DNA from: Deltaproteobacteria bacterium
GTDB taxonomy: Bacteria > Desulfobacterota > Dissulfuribacteria > Dissulfuribacterales > QOAL01
Direction: 5' to 3'
Assembly: GCA_015493475.1 (NCBI GenBank)
Contig: WGDC01000083.1
Location: 13,856 to 77,855 of the forward strand
Length of the DNA: 64,000 nt
Of the stretch, positions 9,665 to 18,769 are shown piece by piece (the stretch's first letter is position 1; each line of letters begins with the position of its first letter). The notes beneath the pieces are model-generated. The model was not told the DNA's origin and did no database searches. It worked only from the letters and a program-made list of their open reading frames with translations. The position numbers were made by a program, and so were the translations under genes.

Positions 9665-10269
9665 TCCTTTTTCTCGTAAGGCATGGAGAGGTGGATTTCC
9701 CCGAAGGGGTCTTTTACGGGCAGATGGACATCCCTCTGTCAGACCGGGGCAGAGAGCAGAGCAGGCTTGTTGCGAGAAGGCTCGATGGCCTCGGTCTTGA
9801 TTCAGTGATAACGAGTGATCTTTCAAGATGCAGGTACATTGTCCAATCAATGGAGAGTTTGTCGCAGGAGCGTATTTTGACGGAGCCAGCGCTTAGGGAG
9901 ATCAATTTCGGCCTCTGGCAGGGCCTTTCCTGGAAGGAGATAGAGGAGGCGTGGCCGGGTCGTATGGAGCAAAGGATGAAACACCTTTCGTCCTACCGGC
10001 CCCCTGATGGAGAAAGCCTTACTGATCTGTGGAACCGGAGCCGGTGCGTCTTTTCAGAATGTCTTGAGGGCATGTATGGGAAAAGGGTAGCCATTATAGC
10101 CCATGGCGGCATAAACCGGGTATTCATCTGCAAACTCCTTGGTATGGAGCTTCAGAACCTTTTCCGTCTCCATCAGGATCACGCTTGTATAAACCGGGTG
10201 GATTCATATCCCGACTCCGTGAGGGTTTTGAGGTTTTTAAACTGTACGTGTCATCTCGGGGACACCTGA
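9652..10269 (+). CDS. cobC: Histidine phosphatase family (alpha-ribazole phosphatase-like)
   Basis: 'LFLVRHGE' (RHG motif) and 'IIAHGG'. The ATG at 9652 overlaps the cobS stop. Confidence 0.75.
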   Translation: MDRVVLFLVRHGEVDFPEGVFYGQMDIPLSDRGREQSRLVARRLDGLGLDSVITSDLSRCRYIVQSMESLSQERILTEPALREINFGLWQGLSWKEIEEAWPGRMEQRMKHLSSYRPPDGESLTDLWNRSRCVFSECLEGMYGKRVAIIAHGGINRVFICKLLGMELQNLFRLHQDHACINRVDSYPDSVRVLRFLNCTCHLGDT

Positions 10270-10288
10270 GAAACTGTCAAGTGGTTTC

Positions 10289-13270
10289 ATGGATGCATCA
10301 TCGGTTTCTGAGTATCTGAGTTCTTTTAGAAAATCAAGGACCCTTGGCGAGCTTATTGCCTATTCCCACGCAGAAAAGGGGCAGAAGGCGTGCTACAGGG
10401 CCCTTTCCACCCCCCTTCCGCACGGGTTAGAAAGCGCCCTTGGTTCCTGCGGTATAGAGAGGCTTTTCAGCCATCAGGCCAGGGCCATTGATTTTGTCAG
10501 AGGTGGCAGGAATGTTGTTGTAGCAACACCTACGGCAAGTGGCAAGTCCCTCATTTACAACATCCCCATACTGGAGCGCATGATGATGGAAGGGGAAGCA
10601 CGGGCACTTTACCTTTTCCCCTTGAAGGCACTGGCCCATGACCAGTTAAAGGTCCTTGACAGGTTGACCAGGAATCTTGACGGTGCCGAGATTACCCATG
10701 CCATCTACGATGGCGATACCACCTCTTACAGGCGGGGAAAGATACGGCAGGACCCACCAAATTGCCTTTTTACCAACCCGGACATGCTCCATCTTTCCAT
10801 CCTGCCCTATCACGACGCATGGTCTACCTTCTGGAAGGGGCTGAAGTTCGTGGTGGTGGACGAGGTACATACCTACCGTGGCATAATGGGAAGCAACATG
10901 GGCTGGGTGTTCAGGAGGCTCAGGCGCATCTGCAGCCTTTACGGCTCAGACCCGACCTTTATCCTGAGTTCGGCCACAGTGGGCAACCCTCATGAGCTTG
11001 CTATGGAGCTTATCGGCCTTGATTTCAAGGTGGTTACGCAGAGTGGTGCACCAAAGGGCAAACGGCACCTCATCCTGGTTGATCCAAAGGGGGCAGGGGC
11101 GGCCCAGACGGCTGTGCTCCTGATTCTTGCTGCACTAAAGAGGGGGCTCAGGACCATCTGCTACACCCAGTCAAGAAAGCTTACCGAGCTTGTAAGCCTC
11201 TGGGTCGGCCAGAGGGCTGGAGGTCTTGCGGATAAGGTCTCGGCTTACAGGGCTGGTTTCTTGCCGGAGGAGAGGCGCTTGGTCGAGAAGCAGCTTTCAG
11301 GGGGTGATCTCCTTGCAGTCATCTCCACCAGTGCCCTTGAGCTTGGCATAGACATCGGGGTGCTGGATCTTTGCATTCTCGTTGGATATCCGGGCACGCT
11401 CATGTCGCTCAGGCAGAGAGGTGGACGGGTGGGAAGAAGCAGCAGGGAGTCTGCGGTAATAATGGTCTCTGGCGAGGACGCCCTTGATCAGTATTTTGTA
11501 AACAATCCTAGGGAGCTTGTTGAACGGCCTTCTGAAAAGGCCGTGGTGAATGTCTTTAACGAGAAGGTGGTTGGAAAACATCTTGTATGCGCGGCAAGCG
11601 AATCTCCCATAGGACTTAACGAGCAGGTGTTAAAACCAAGGGTTGTGAGGGAAAAAGCCAGCAGGCTGGTTGAGGCGGGAAGGCTCTTTTTAAGTGCAGA
11701 CGGGGAAAAGATCATCTCAATGAGAAAATATCCCCAGAAGGACGTGGATCTTCGCGGCACTGGCAGCTCCTACCAGATAGTGAACCTGGAAGACGGCAAG
11801 ACCATAGGCTCCATAGACGGGTTTCGTGCGCTCAGGGAGACACACCCAGGGGCGGTATATCTCCACCGCGGCCAGAGTTTTCAGGTGGCAAGGCTTGATA
11901 TTGAGACAAGGCGCGTGGAGGTGAGGCCGGCCAGGGTGGACTACTTTACGAGGGTCAGGGCTTCAAAGGATACGGAGATTCTCGATGTGGAAAGGAGCAG
12001 GCCGCTCTTCGGTACAATGTGTTATTGGGGCAGGCTTCTTGTCACAGATCAGGTAACGGGTTACGACGTTCTACAGATACGGGGGCAGAAGCTCATAAAC
12101 AGGGTGGAGCTTGATTTGCCGCCCCAGCGTTTTGAGACGGAAGGCCTCTGGATAGAGATACCAGCCATAGTGAAGGCAGCCTGCGAAAAGGCGCTTTACC
12201 ACTTTATGGGAGGAATACATGCCCTTGAGCACGCGTGCATTGGTGTCATGCCCCTTTTCGTGCTCTGTGATAGGAATGATCTCGGGGGTATCTCCACAAC
12301 TTTTCATCCCCAGCTTTCCGCTGGTGGCATATTCGTTTATGACGGTATTCCTGGTGGCGTGGGCCTTACAGAGGCTGCCTTTGAACGGTGTGACGAGCTC
12401 TTGGATCTCACCCACACCACTATTTCTTCATGCAGGTGTGAAAACGGCTGTCCATCATGCGTGCACTCCCCGAAGTGTGGTTCAGGAAACAGGCCCATAG
12501 ACAAGGAGGCAGCGCTTTTTCTGTTGAGGGATCTTAAAGGCTCTCTTTCTGCTACTGGAGCGAAAGCGGTAGCCCGGACTGGAGAAACTGTAATGAGGGG
12601 TGGCGGGTTGACAAGAAATCCTGCGGCTGATTCCGGGGTTGCTCAAAAGTCCCTGATAGGGGGGGCTGGTCGCAGGGTAAAAAGGCCTTTTCTGGTTGTT
12701 TCGGAAATACGCTTTGGGGTGCTCGACATTGAGACCCAGCTCTCGGCCAAGGAGGTGGGAGGATGGCACAGGGCCGAGCGCATGAGGGTGAGTTGTGCCG
12801 TTCTTTGGGATTCTATGACTCGTTCCTACGCTGTTTTCAGGGAGAAGCAGCTTCCCTTCCTGTTCAGCCTTATGGAAAAATTGGACCTGATAGTGGGTTT
12901 TAATATCAAGCGTTTTGACTACAGGGTGCTTTCTGCCTATACAAAGGAGCAGCTTTCTCTCCTGCCGACTCTCGACATGCTCGAGCACGTCCACAAAAGG
13001 CTTGGCTACAGGCTTTCGCTTGATCTGCTGGCATCTTCCACCCTTGGAACGAAAAAGAGTGCAAACGGCCTCCTGGCCCTGAAGTGGTGGAAGGAGGGCA
13101 AAATCAGGAAGATAATCGACTATTGTAAAAGGGACGTTGCAATAACGAGGGACCTTTTCCTTTTTGGCAGCAAGGAGGGTTTTCTGCTTTTCAGGAACAA
13201 GGAGGGCTCCATAGTGCGCCTTCCGGTTGACTGGAACCGTGACCATCCTCTGAAAAAGCATTTTGAATAG
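10289..13270 (+). CDS. DEXH-box helicase with DUF1998 Zn-Cys domain fused to a C-terminal RNase H-fold (DEDD) exonuclease domain
   Basis: Helicase motifs: motif I 'ATPTASGKS', motif II 'VVVDEVH', 'SSAT' and motif VI 'QRGGRVGR'. The DUF1998-type cluster is 'CRCENGCPSCVHSPKCGSGN'. The last ~190 aa carry 'VLDIETQ', 'GFNIKRFDYRVL' and 'YCKRDVAITRDLF'. Confidence 0.8.
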   Translation: MDASSVSEYLSSFRKSRTLGELIAYSHAEKGQKACYRALSTPLPHGLESALGSCGIERLFSHQARAIDFVRGGRNVVVATPTASGKSLIYNIPILERMMMEGEARALYLFPLKALAHDQLKVLDRLTRNLDGAEITHAIYDGDTTSYRRGKIRQDPPNCLFTNPDMLHLSILPYHDAWSTFWKGLKFVVVDEVHTYRGIMGSNMGWVFRRLRRICSLYGSDPTFILSSATVGNPHELAMELIGLDFKVVTQSGAPKGKRHLILVDPKGAGAAQTAVLLILAALKRGLRTICYTQSRKLTELVSLWVGQRAGGLADKVSAYRAGFLPEERRLVEKQLSGGDLLAVISTSALELGIDIGVLDLCILVGYPGTLMSLRQRGGRVGRSSRESAVIMVSGEDALDQYFVNNPRELVERPSEKAVVNVFNEKVVGKHLVCAASESPIGLNEQVLKPRVVREKASRLVEAGRLFLSADGEKIISMRKYPQKDVDLRGTGSSYQIVNLEDGKTIGSIDGFRALRETHPGAVYLHRGQSFQVARLDIETRRVEVRPARVDYFTRVRASKDTEILDVERSRPLFGTMCYWGRLLVTDQVTGYDVLQIRGQKLINRVELDLPPQRFETEGLWIEIPAIVKAACEKALYHFMGGIHALEHACIGVMPLFVLCDRNDLGGISTTFHPQLSAGGIFVYDGIPGGVGLTEAAFERCDELLDLTHTTISSCRCENGCPSCVHSPKCGSGNRPIDKEAALFLLRDLKGSLSATGAKAVARTGETVMRGGGLTRNPAADSGVAQKSLIGGAGRRVKRPFLVVSEIRFGVLDIETQLSAKEVGGWHRAERMRVSCAVLWDSMTRSYAVFREKQLPFLFSLMEKLDLIVGFNIKRFDYRVLSAYTKEQLSLLPTLDMLEHVHKRLGYRLSLDLLASSTLGTKKSANGLLALKWWKEGKIRKIIDYCKRDVAITRDLFLFGSKEGFLLFRNKEGSIVRLPVDWNRDHPLKKHFE

Positions 13271-13465
13271 AGACCTCTAAATAGATTCTGTAGTTCTATG
13301 TCTTAGAGGCATGATCCCACCCCGATTTTGTGCAGCATTATCTCGGATATTTTGGTAGGCTGTTTGTCCTTAATGATCCCTTTTGATAATGGAGGTTGAC
13401 ACAGGGGGGCATTATACAAGAAAGGATTTCGATTATTGAAGGTAAAGGAATCCTTTCTTGGCATC

Positions 13466-14969
13466 CAACGGTGTCCGGAAGCATTCATATATACCGCTTC
13501 AGCATAGGCCATAATTCTACCTCTAATAACCCGTAGTGCATTGTTTTTAAAAAACAATACCTAAAAAACCTTATCACCTGCCTGCTGACCTTGGAGGTAA
13601 AACGGAACAGGTCATGTAAAAAGAGACGACATGCGGGACGATTGTCTTTCCTATTCTCGGATTCTACTTGCATTCTTTTATCTTGTTTGGCAAGAGCCTT
13701 TTCATCCTTGATGCCATGTTGCTCAGCATGTTCACGGAGAAATATGGCAATTAATAGGCTAGTGATAATCGCCAGTAATGCTTGATTTTCTATACTAACC
13801 CTCTTGTACCTCCAGGCCTTGCTTGCTGATAGATCATTCTTCCAGGTATCAAAACATTTCTCTTCGTCCCAGCGACGAAGAAAAAGAAATGCTATCATGC
13901 CGGGTTCCAGAACAAGCTCATTGGTAAGAAAGAGGAATTCTCTTCCGTTAGGAGCACAGTACGTTATCCTCCGCCATGTTGCGGTACCGCCTGACCTCAA
14001 TACTATATGCTCATCTTTCAGCACTCCCTGATTTTCTCTAATGGCGGCTACCGGCTGTTCTTCTGAAGATTCCACAACCAATGAGGCTTTCATGCGGCTT
14101 ATCATGGTGATGCCATATTTTGTCTTCTTGCTGTTCCAGTAGGAAGCATCTATAAAACCTCTGTCCACCAGAAAAAGAGCATTCCTTTTATATAATCTCT
14201 GAAAATTGCAGGATTTCAATACATTGATCTCATGCGTAGTATCTGTTTCCACCACGACATCTACTGGACAACCCAGCCGAGCATCAAAAAAGGTCAACAA
14301 CCCATGTCCCTTGGGGTTGTCTTTACCTCCTTGGCGAGGAGTTACTTTCCTGTAATGGCAACTTTCTTTCTGATAAGTGCCATCCACTGCGTACACTGAT
14401 CTGCCTGCCAAACAGGAAAAATTCTCAAGCCGATCAGTAACATTTCTTGAGGCCACATCTTGCAGTCTCCGTATAACTCCCCTTAAGATTATCTCTACGA
14501 TTAACAGAGGCCATAGCATCTGACCAGGTAGATCTGGCCAGTGGGGGACCGTCAATCGGATCGAGATGAAAGAGTTCCTGTACTTGATCTCTAAGAGAGG
14601 TTTGTCCCTTAATGTGTCGAAGTACTCCAAGGGTGATAAAACTTTCCATATCCAATGTCTTGAATATGCCAGGTTTGAATCTGACATATTCAAGAGCCTC
14701 TATGGCAGGATTGATAAAAGTTCCCAAGACTGTATTTTGGGTCAGCGTTTTCATAATGTTAAAGAGGCGGTTGGTATTGTGAGGCATGGTCTTATCTCCT
14801 TAACTAATTGATATCAATGCTATTTTTCAGACCAGCCTTGTCAATATCTGTCAAGCACTTTTTTGAATTTTTTCTCTATTTTCTCCTATAAGCAAGAATA
14901 AGAGCCGTTACAGCCCTTCCTTGCACATATAAAATTTGGTTGTCGCCCTGCTATTTCGGACACCGTTGA
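13466..14969 (-). mobile_element. IS4-family insertion sequence (~1.5 kb) with target-site duplication
   Basis: The terminal inverted repeats are CAACGGTGTCCGGAAGC (13466-) and the reverse complement of ...CGGACACCGTTGA (-14969). They are flanked by an identical 8-bp direct repeat TTGGCATC at 13458-13465 and 14970-14977. The element encloses a DDE transposase. Confidence 0.8.
13485..14787 (-). pseudogene. IS4-family DDE transposase, frameshifted
   Basis: The catalytic residues sit in 'YAVDGTY', 'LVDRGFIDASY' and F-x2-R-x3-E-x6-K ('FLRRWDEEKCFDTWK', the YREK signature). The N-terminal 117 aa (ORF 14434..14787, '...ARSTWSDAMASVNRR') are in another frame and overlap the main ORF, which implies a frameshift near 14470-14510. 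Confidence 0.75.
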
Positions 14970-15030
14970 TTGGCATCTTAAAAGTCTGGCGTTATCCAAG
15001 GCGATGGAGACGGATCCAGGCTTTGGTGCT

Positions 15031-16332
15031 TTACAGGTTCAGGCCATAGTGGAGCGCCGCTTTTGGAACTGCCTGCCCTGTAAGCGGCTCCACAAGCTCG
15101 TTTCTTTCCTTTTTAAAGGGAATAAAAAATAGCCTTATCTCCTTTATCCGTATCTTGGTTTTGTCTGCAGCTTCAACCATTTTTTTTCTCTTTTTCAAAA
15201 GGGACATGAAGAGGAAGGTAAGGGACTGGATGGCAGTACCCACTCCTATGTTGATACAGTGGGCATCTGGCACTGTGGCTGCGTCCCTGCTCTTTAAGGT
15301 AAGAAAGGGGAGTTGCGAGCTGCTCATTCTTTTTCCAAGCCGGATGAAAAGAGACGGGTTTACACTGAAGGCAGGAATGACGAGTTGTACGGGCTCTTTT
15401 GAAAAGTTTTCCGGAAACTGCCTGTAGGGGTAAAGATGTGATAGGAAGGCCCTTCTGTCCGGGAAGGGGAAACCTTGCAGCTTAAGGCTAAAGTGGTAAA
15501 AGGGCAGAAATTTCATGCCTCTTTCCACGTTCCTGGTAAGGATGTGGGCCTTTTGGGGCAGAAAGCGGCTGTTCCCAAGGCCCCAGAGCCTCTTGCACGC
15601 CTTGCAAAAAAGGACCGATGCCATGGAAAGGGCGGGAAGATCGGTTCCACATTCTGGGCATATCAAGGGCATAAAGCTTACTGCCATATTTGAAGCTGGT
15701 CCTTTCCCCTGGTCCACATCGTTAAGGGAGATCTTTTTAACAAGGCTCTCTAAAGGCCCGTTCCTTTTTACCTTAAAAAAATGTCGTCTCTTCTCCCAAA
15801 GGGGGCTTAGTAGAAGCTTTTCATCCCTTTCAACAAGCTCAAAGGGCGCACTTATTATGGTGATCTTTTCGCTCAGAATGAAGCTTGAAACAGGACTTTC
15901 CCTGAGCCCCGCCTCGATTCGCATGTCCACCTTCCTGATGGCATCCTGGGGGGCAAGAAACGATCTGCCCAGTTGAAGGGGGCCGGTATCAAGACGCATG
16001 TCCGAAAGCTGTGTTGCAAGGCCAAGGGAAGGAAGGCCATCTAGGCCAGAAAGTGCTGGGATGGTTGAGTCAACAAGGCTTGTTTTTACGCTCTTGTCAT
16101 GAAAGAGGCGAAAGCGAAAGCCCTTGAATCTCCAGTAAGGCAGAAAGACCCTGCTTCCTTGAAGAGGTGTTGCAGAATCAATGGGAGAGAGTATGTAGCT
16201 GAATATGCCGCTTTGAGGCACAATGTAGAGGCTGGTCTTACAAAAGGCGCACCTTAAAAGAGGGTCTCCAACCTCAAGATCAACCTTGCCTCCGCACTGC
16301 GGGCAAAAGCCCCATGCCTTTTCCGGGGCCAT
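15031..16332 (-). CDS. Hypothetical protein with two zinc ribbons (internal duplication)
   Basis: The ATG at 16332 overlaps the upstream stop (TAATG). There are two units: 'CPQCGG..(13)..CAFCK ... FLPYWRF' and 'CPECGT..(13)..CKACK ... FLPFYHF'. I recognise no enzymatic motif or clear TM helix. Confidence 0.6.
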   Translation of the reverse strand: MAPEKAWGFCPQCGGKVDLEVGDPLLRCAFCKTSLYIVPQSGIFSYILSPIDSATPLQGSRVFLPYWRFKGFRFRLFHDKSVKTSLVDSTIPALSGLDGLPSLGLATQLSDMRLDTGPLQLGRSFLAPQDAIRKVDMRIEAGLRESPVSSFILSEKITIISAPFELVERDEKLLLSPLWEKRRHFFKVKRNGPLESLVKKISLNDVDQGKGPASNMAVSFMPLICPECGTDLPALSMASVLFCKACKRLWGLGNSRFLPQKAHILTRNVERGMKFLPFYHFSLKLQGFPFPDRRAFLSHLYPYRQFPENFSKEPVQLVIPAFSVNPSLFIRLGKRMSSSQLPFLTLKSRDAATVPDAHCINIGVGTAIQSLTFLFMSLLKKRKKMVEAADKTKIRIKEIRLFFIPFKKERNELVEPLTGQAVPKAALHYGLNL

Positions 16333-17483
16333 TACCTGACGGGCTTGCCGCACTGGTTACAAAAGGATGCCTGGGGAAGGTTCTCGGCTCCACAGTGAGG
16401 GCACTTCTGGGGCAGGGGTTCACTGCCTGCCGGGGTTCCGCAGCTTGGGCAAAAGCTTGCCTTGGGAGTGAGATTCTTGCCGCATTTTGCACACCGTCTA
16501 TAGACAAGGATCTGGTGGCCACAGTTTGGGCAAAAGCGGGCGTCGCCGTTTATGTCCGCCCCGCATTCCGGGCACTTCTGAGTTGTCTTTCCTGGTGGCG
16601 TTGGCCCTCCATTAGGAGGTGGGTTTGTTGAGCCAAAAAGTCCCATGGAGCCAAGAAGCCCTGGTACCATGAGTCCAAGCCCCATGCCGATGCCGCCCTG
16701 GGCCATGGACTGGCCCTGTGCGGACTTTTCAAGGGCCATGGCCGCCTTCATCTTAACAAGGTCGGGGAGATCGCCACCAAGAAGCTCGAGTCTTGTCCTG
16801 TCATCTATTGCCGCCTGTACCTCGGCAGGAGGGGTAATGGCGTTTATAAAGAGGTCTTTAAGGGCTATGCCGTAGTTGGAAAAATCCCTTGCAAGCTCCC
16901 TGGAAAGGCCCTCGGCAAACTCGGTGTACTGGCTTGGAAGGTCCAGGAGGGTGTCCAGTTGTTCTCCAAGATAGTCGTTGAGCCTGGAAACGATAACCTG
17001 GCTCAGGTAGTCTTCCAGTTCATCTATGAAAAAGGAGGGCTTTGTGCCCACAAGGGAGTTCACAAAGAGCACGGGCTGGTTGATCTGGATATTAAAGATG
17101 CCGTGTGCCCTGAGCCGCACCAGGCCAAGTTCCTTGTCCCTGAAGGCCACAGGGTCCCTTGTACCCCACTTGAGGCTCGTAAAGACCTTCATGTTTACAA
17201 AGTATATCTCCGCCCTTATGGGGCTTGTAAAACCCCAGGGAAGGGAAAGGAGCTTTGTGAGTATGGGGATGTTCAAGGTGGAAATTGTGTGCCTGCCAGG
17301 TCCCAAGGCGTCACAGGCAACACCCTGGGAGTAGAATACCGCTGCCTGGTTTTGTCTGACTATTGCCTGGGCACCCAGCTTGAATTCTCCGGAACCCTTT
17401 TCCGGAAGCCTGTGGCAGACCTCGTTTCCAGACTGGTCAAGCCATTCCAGGACCTCTAAAAAAATGACGTTGTTGGTAGACAT
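16332..17483 (-). CDS. SPFH/band-7 domain protein with three C-terminal zinc ribbons
   Basis: 'VIFLEVLEW...GAQAIVRQNQAAVFYSQG...IYFVNMKVFTSLKWGT' matches the COG4260-type SPFH family. This is followed by the Gly-rich segment 'GGIGMGLGLMVPGLLGSMGLFG' and then three CxxC-N(10-12)-CxxC ribbons. Probable start is the ATG at 17483 (MSTNNV), downstream of AAGGAGG. Confidence 0.75.
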   Translation of the reverse strand: MSTNNVIFLEVLEWLDQSGNEVCHRLPEKGSGEFKLGAQAIVRQNQAAVFYSQGVACDALGPGRHTISTLNIPILTKLLSLPWGFTSPIRAEIYFVNMKVFTSLKWGTRDPVAFRDKELGLVRLRAHGIFNIQINQPVLFVNSLVGTKPSFFIDELEDYLSQVIVSRLNDYLGEQLDTLLDLPSQYTEFAEGLSRELARDFSNYGIALKDLFINAITPPAEVQAAIDDRTRLELLGGDLPDLVKMKAAMALEKSAQGQSMAQGGIGMGLGLMVPGLLGSMGLFGSTNPPPNGGPTPPGKTTQKCPECGADINGDARFCPNCGHQILVYRRCAKCGKNLTPKASFCPSCGTPAGSEPLPQKCPHCGAENLPQASFCNQCGKPVR

Positions 17484-17506
17484 GGAAGAACTGGGCCTCC
17501 TTTTTT

Positions 17507-17695
17507 TTAGAGAGTAAAGAGATAACACCTCTGGTGTTCTGGTTCTCTTTTTCTAAACGGAAAAATATGCGCGTTACTTGAGGAAGTGATGTTTGGGCAT
17601 TCCTGTATTCCGGTATGCCTTTTGTAAAGCGTGGTGGAGTGGATCTCCAGATCTCTGGCCACCTCAGCAATAGATTGGTTGCTGCCGGTTATCAT
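17507..17695 (-). pseudogene. IS3-family OrfA (HTH) fragment
   Basis: 'SIAEVARDLEIHSTTLYKR' resembles the HTH of IS3 OrfA transposase subunits. Only ~30 aa are recognisable and no OrfB follows. Confidence 0.5.
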
Positions 17696-17753
17696 ATTAA
17701 CCTTCTCTACTTTTGGGGCAGGACTCTGGTGTGATCAGAAAGAGCGAGCTAGC

Positions 17754-18429
17754 CTATGCCAGCGAGCTATTGCTGCTCACTTCAACTCCATCTATGAACT
17801 TCACACCCTTTATGAGCTTGGCAAGATAGTGGAATCCTCGGATCCTGTGCCAGCGCTTCTCTGCACTCATTCCCAGCTTGTAAATCATCGCCAGCATGGT
17901 GTTCCGGCTTACACATCCCTTGGTTTGGTCCGTCCGACGACGAACCGTGGCAAAGGTAGACTCGATCGGGTTCGTCGTCCGTATTCAGACGACTGATCAC
18001 CCCAGCAGACAGACCTTTCGCCTCGGGGCCGACCAGTACCTCCAAAGCCTCTTGCATTTGCCCAGTAGCTATGCCCTTCAAATACAGCCATGGCAATGCC
18101 GCCTCCACACGCCTAGCCTTCCTCACATACGGCGGCACCAGAGAGGATCGAAATACCACCGGCTCTCCCGTCCGGCTCCTCACCTTGGGTACCTTCACCG
18201 GCACCGGTCCTACGCCGGTCAGAATCTCCCGTTCCGGCAGGTATCCATTGCGCACCACCGCCTTCCGGCCTTGTTCGTCCACTTGCCCTTCATATCGCTC
18301 AAGCAGCTCTGCCAGCTCCGCCTCTACTGCCTTCTGAATCAACCGCTTGGCCCCACTCCGTAACAGCTCCGTTAATGGATCCTCAATTCCCTCTGGTGAT
18401 CTAATGGAAACTACGTTATCCTTACTCAT
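17754..18429 (-). pseudogene. IS256-family (mutator-type) transposase remnant with internal deletion
   Basis: The N-terminal ~150 aa ('...LAELLERYEG...RNGYLPEREILTGVGPVPVKVPKVR...LPWLYLKGIATGQMQEAL') are intact. At ~17985 the frame changes directly into the C-terminal tail 'RTTNPIESTFATVRRRTDQTKGC...LAKLIKGVKFIDGVEV' (my own translation of the minus strand). The DDE core is missing. Confidence 0.75.
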
Positions 18430-18529
18430 GGTGGCGTACCTCCTTTGCTGTCTCAGTTATCCAAAACCGATTTCAGCAGGGTACGCCGCCTTAGTCAATC
18501 ACTCCCCTACACCAAATTAGAGCATAACT

Positions 18530-18573
18530 CATATAAAAATTTCGTTGCCGTCCTACCATGTCGGACACCGTTG
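18530..18573 (+). repeat. Solo copy of the IS4-type right end
   Basis: 18530-18573 (CATATAAAAATTTCGTTGCCGTCCTACCATGTCGGACACCGTTG) aligns with 14926-14969, the inner right end of the IS4 element, with about 5 mismatches and 1 indel. The terminal 13-mer is identical. Confidence 0.65.
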
Positions 18574-18769
18574 CTACGGCAGTATTCCATATGCCTGAGA
18601 GAAGTCTTAATGGTGCATTATGGATGGTCTGTACGAGTATGGGACATGGTCTATGAACGGGCTGAAAAACGGTTGTTTTTGAACCAACTTCTTTTAGATT
18701 ACCCGTTGTCCAGTTTGATATTTATGATTACTTCTCATGGAAGGACCTTATATCTTGGGAGATGATGAA

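Noticed and set aside
13303-13557. An 84-aa ORF spanning the left IS boundary.
   Set aside because: It crosses the IS terminus and target duplication at 13465/13466, so it cannot be an ancestral gene. It has no motifs. It might contain a few residues of a frameshifted transposase C-terminus, but I cannot support that.
13466-18573. A composite transposon carrying the SPFH module, bounded by the IS4 left end (13466) and the distal solo IS4 right end (18573).
   Set aside because: The 8-bp duplication TTGGCATC flanks the 1.5-kb IS alone (13458-65 and 14970-77), which indicates a simple insertion. The sequence after 18573 (CTACGGCA) does not repeat the left flank. The idea remains only formally possible.
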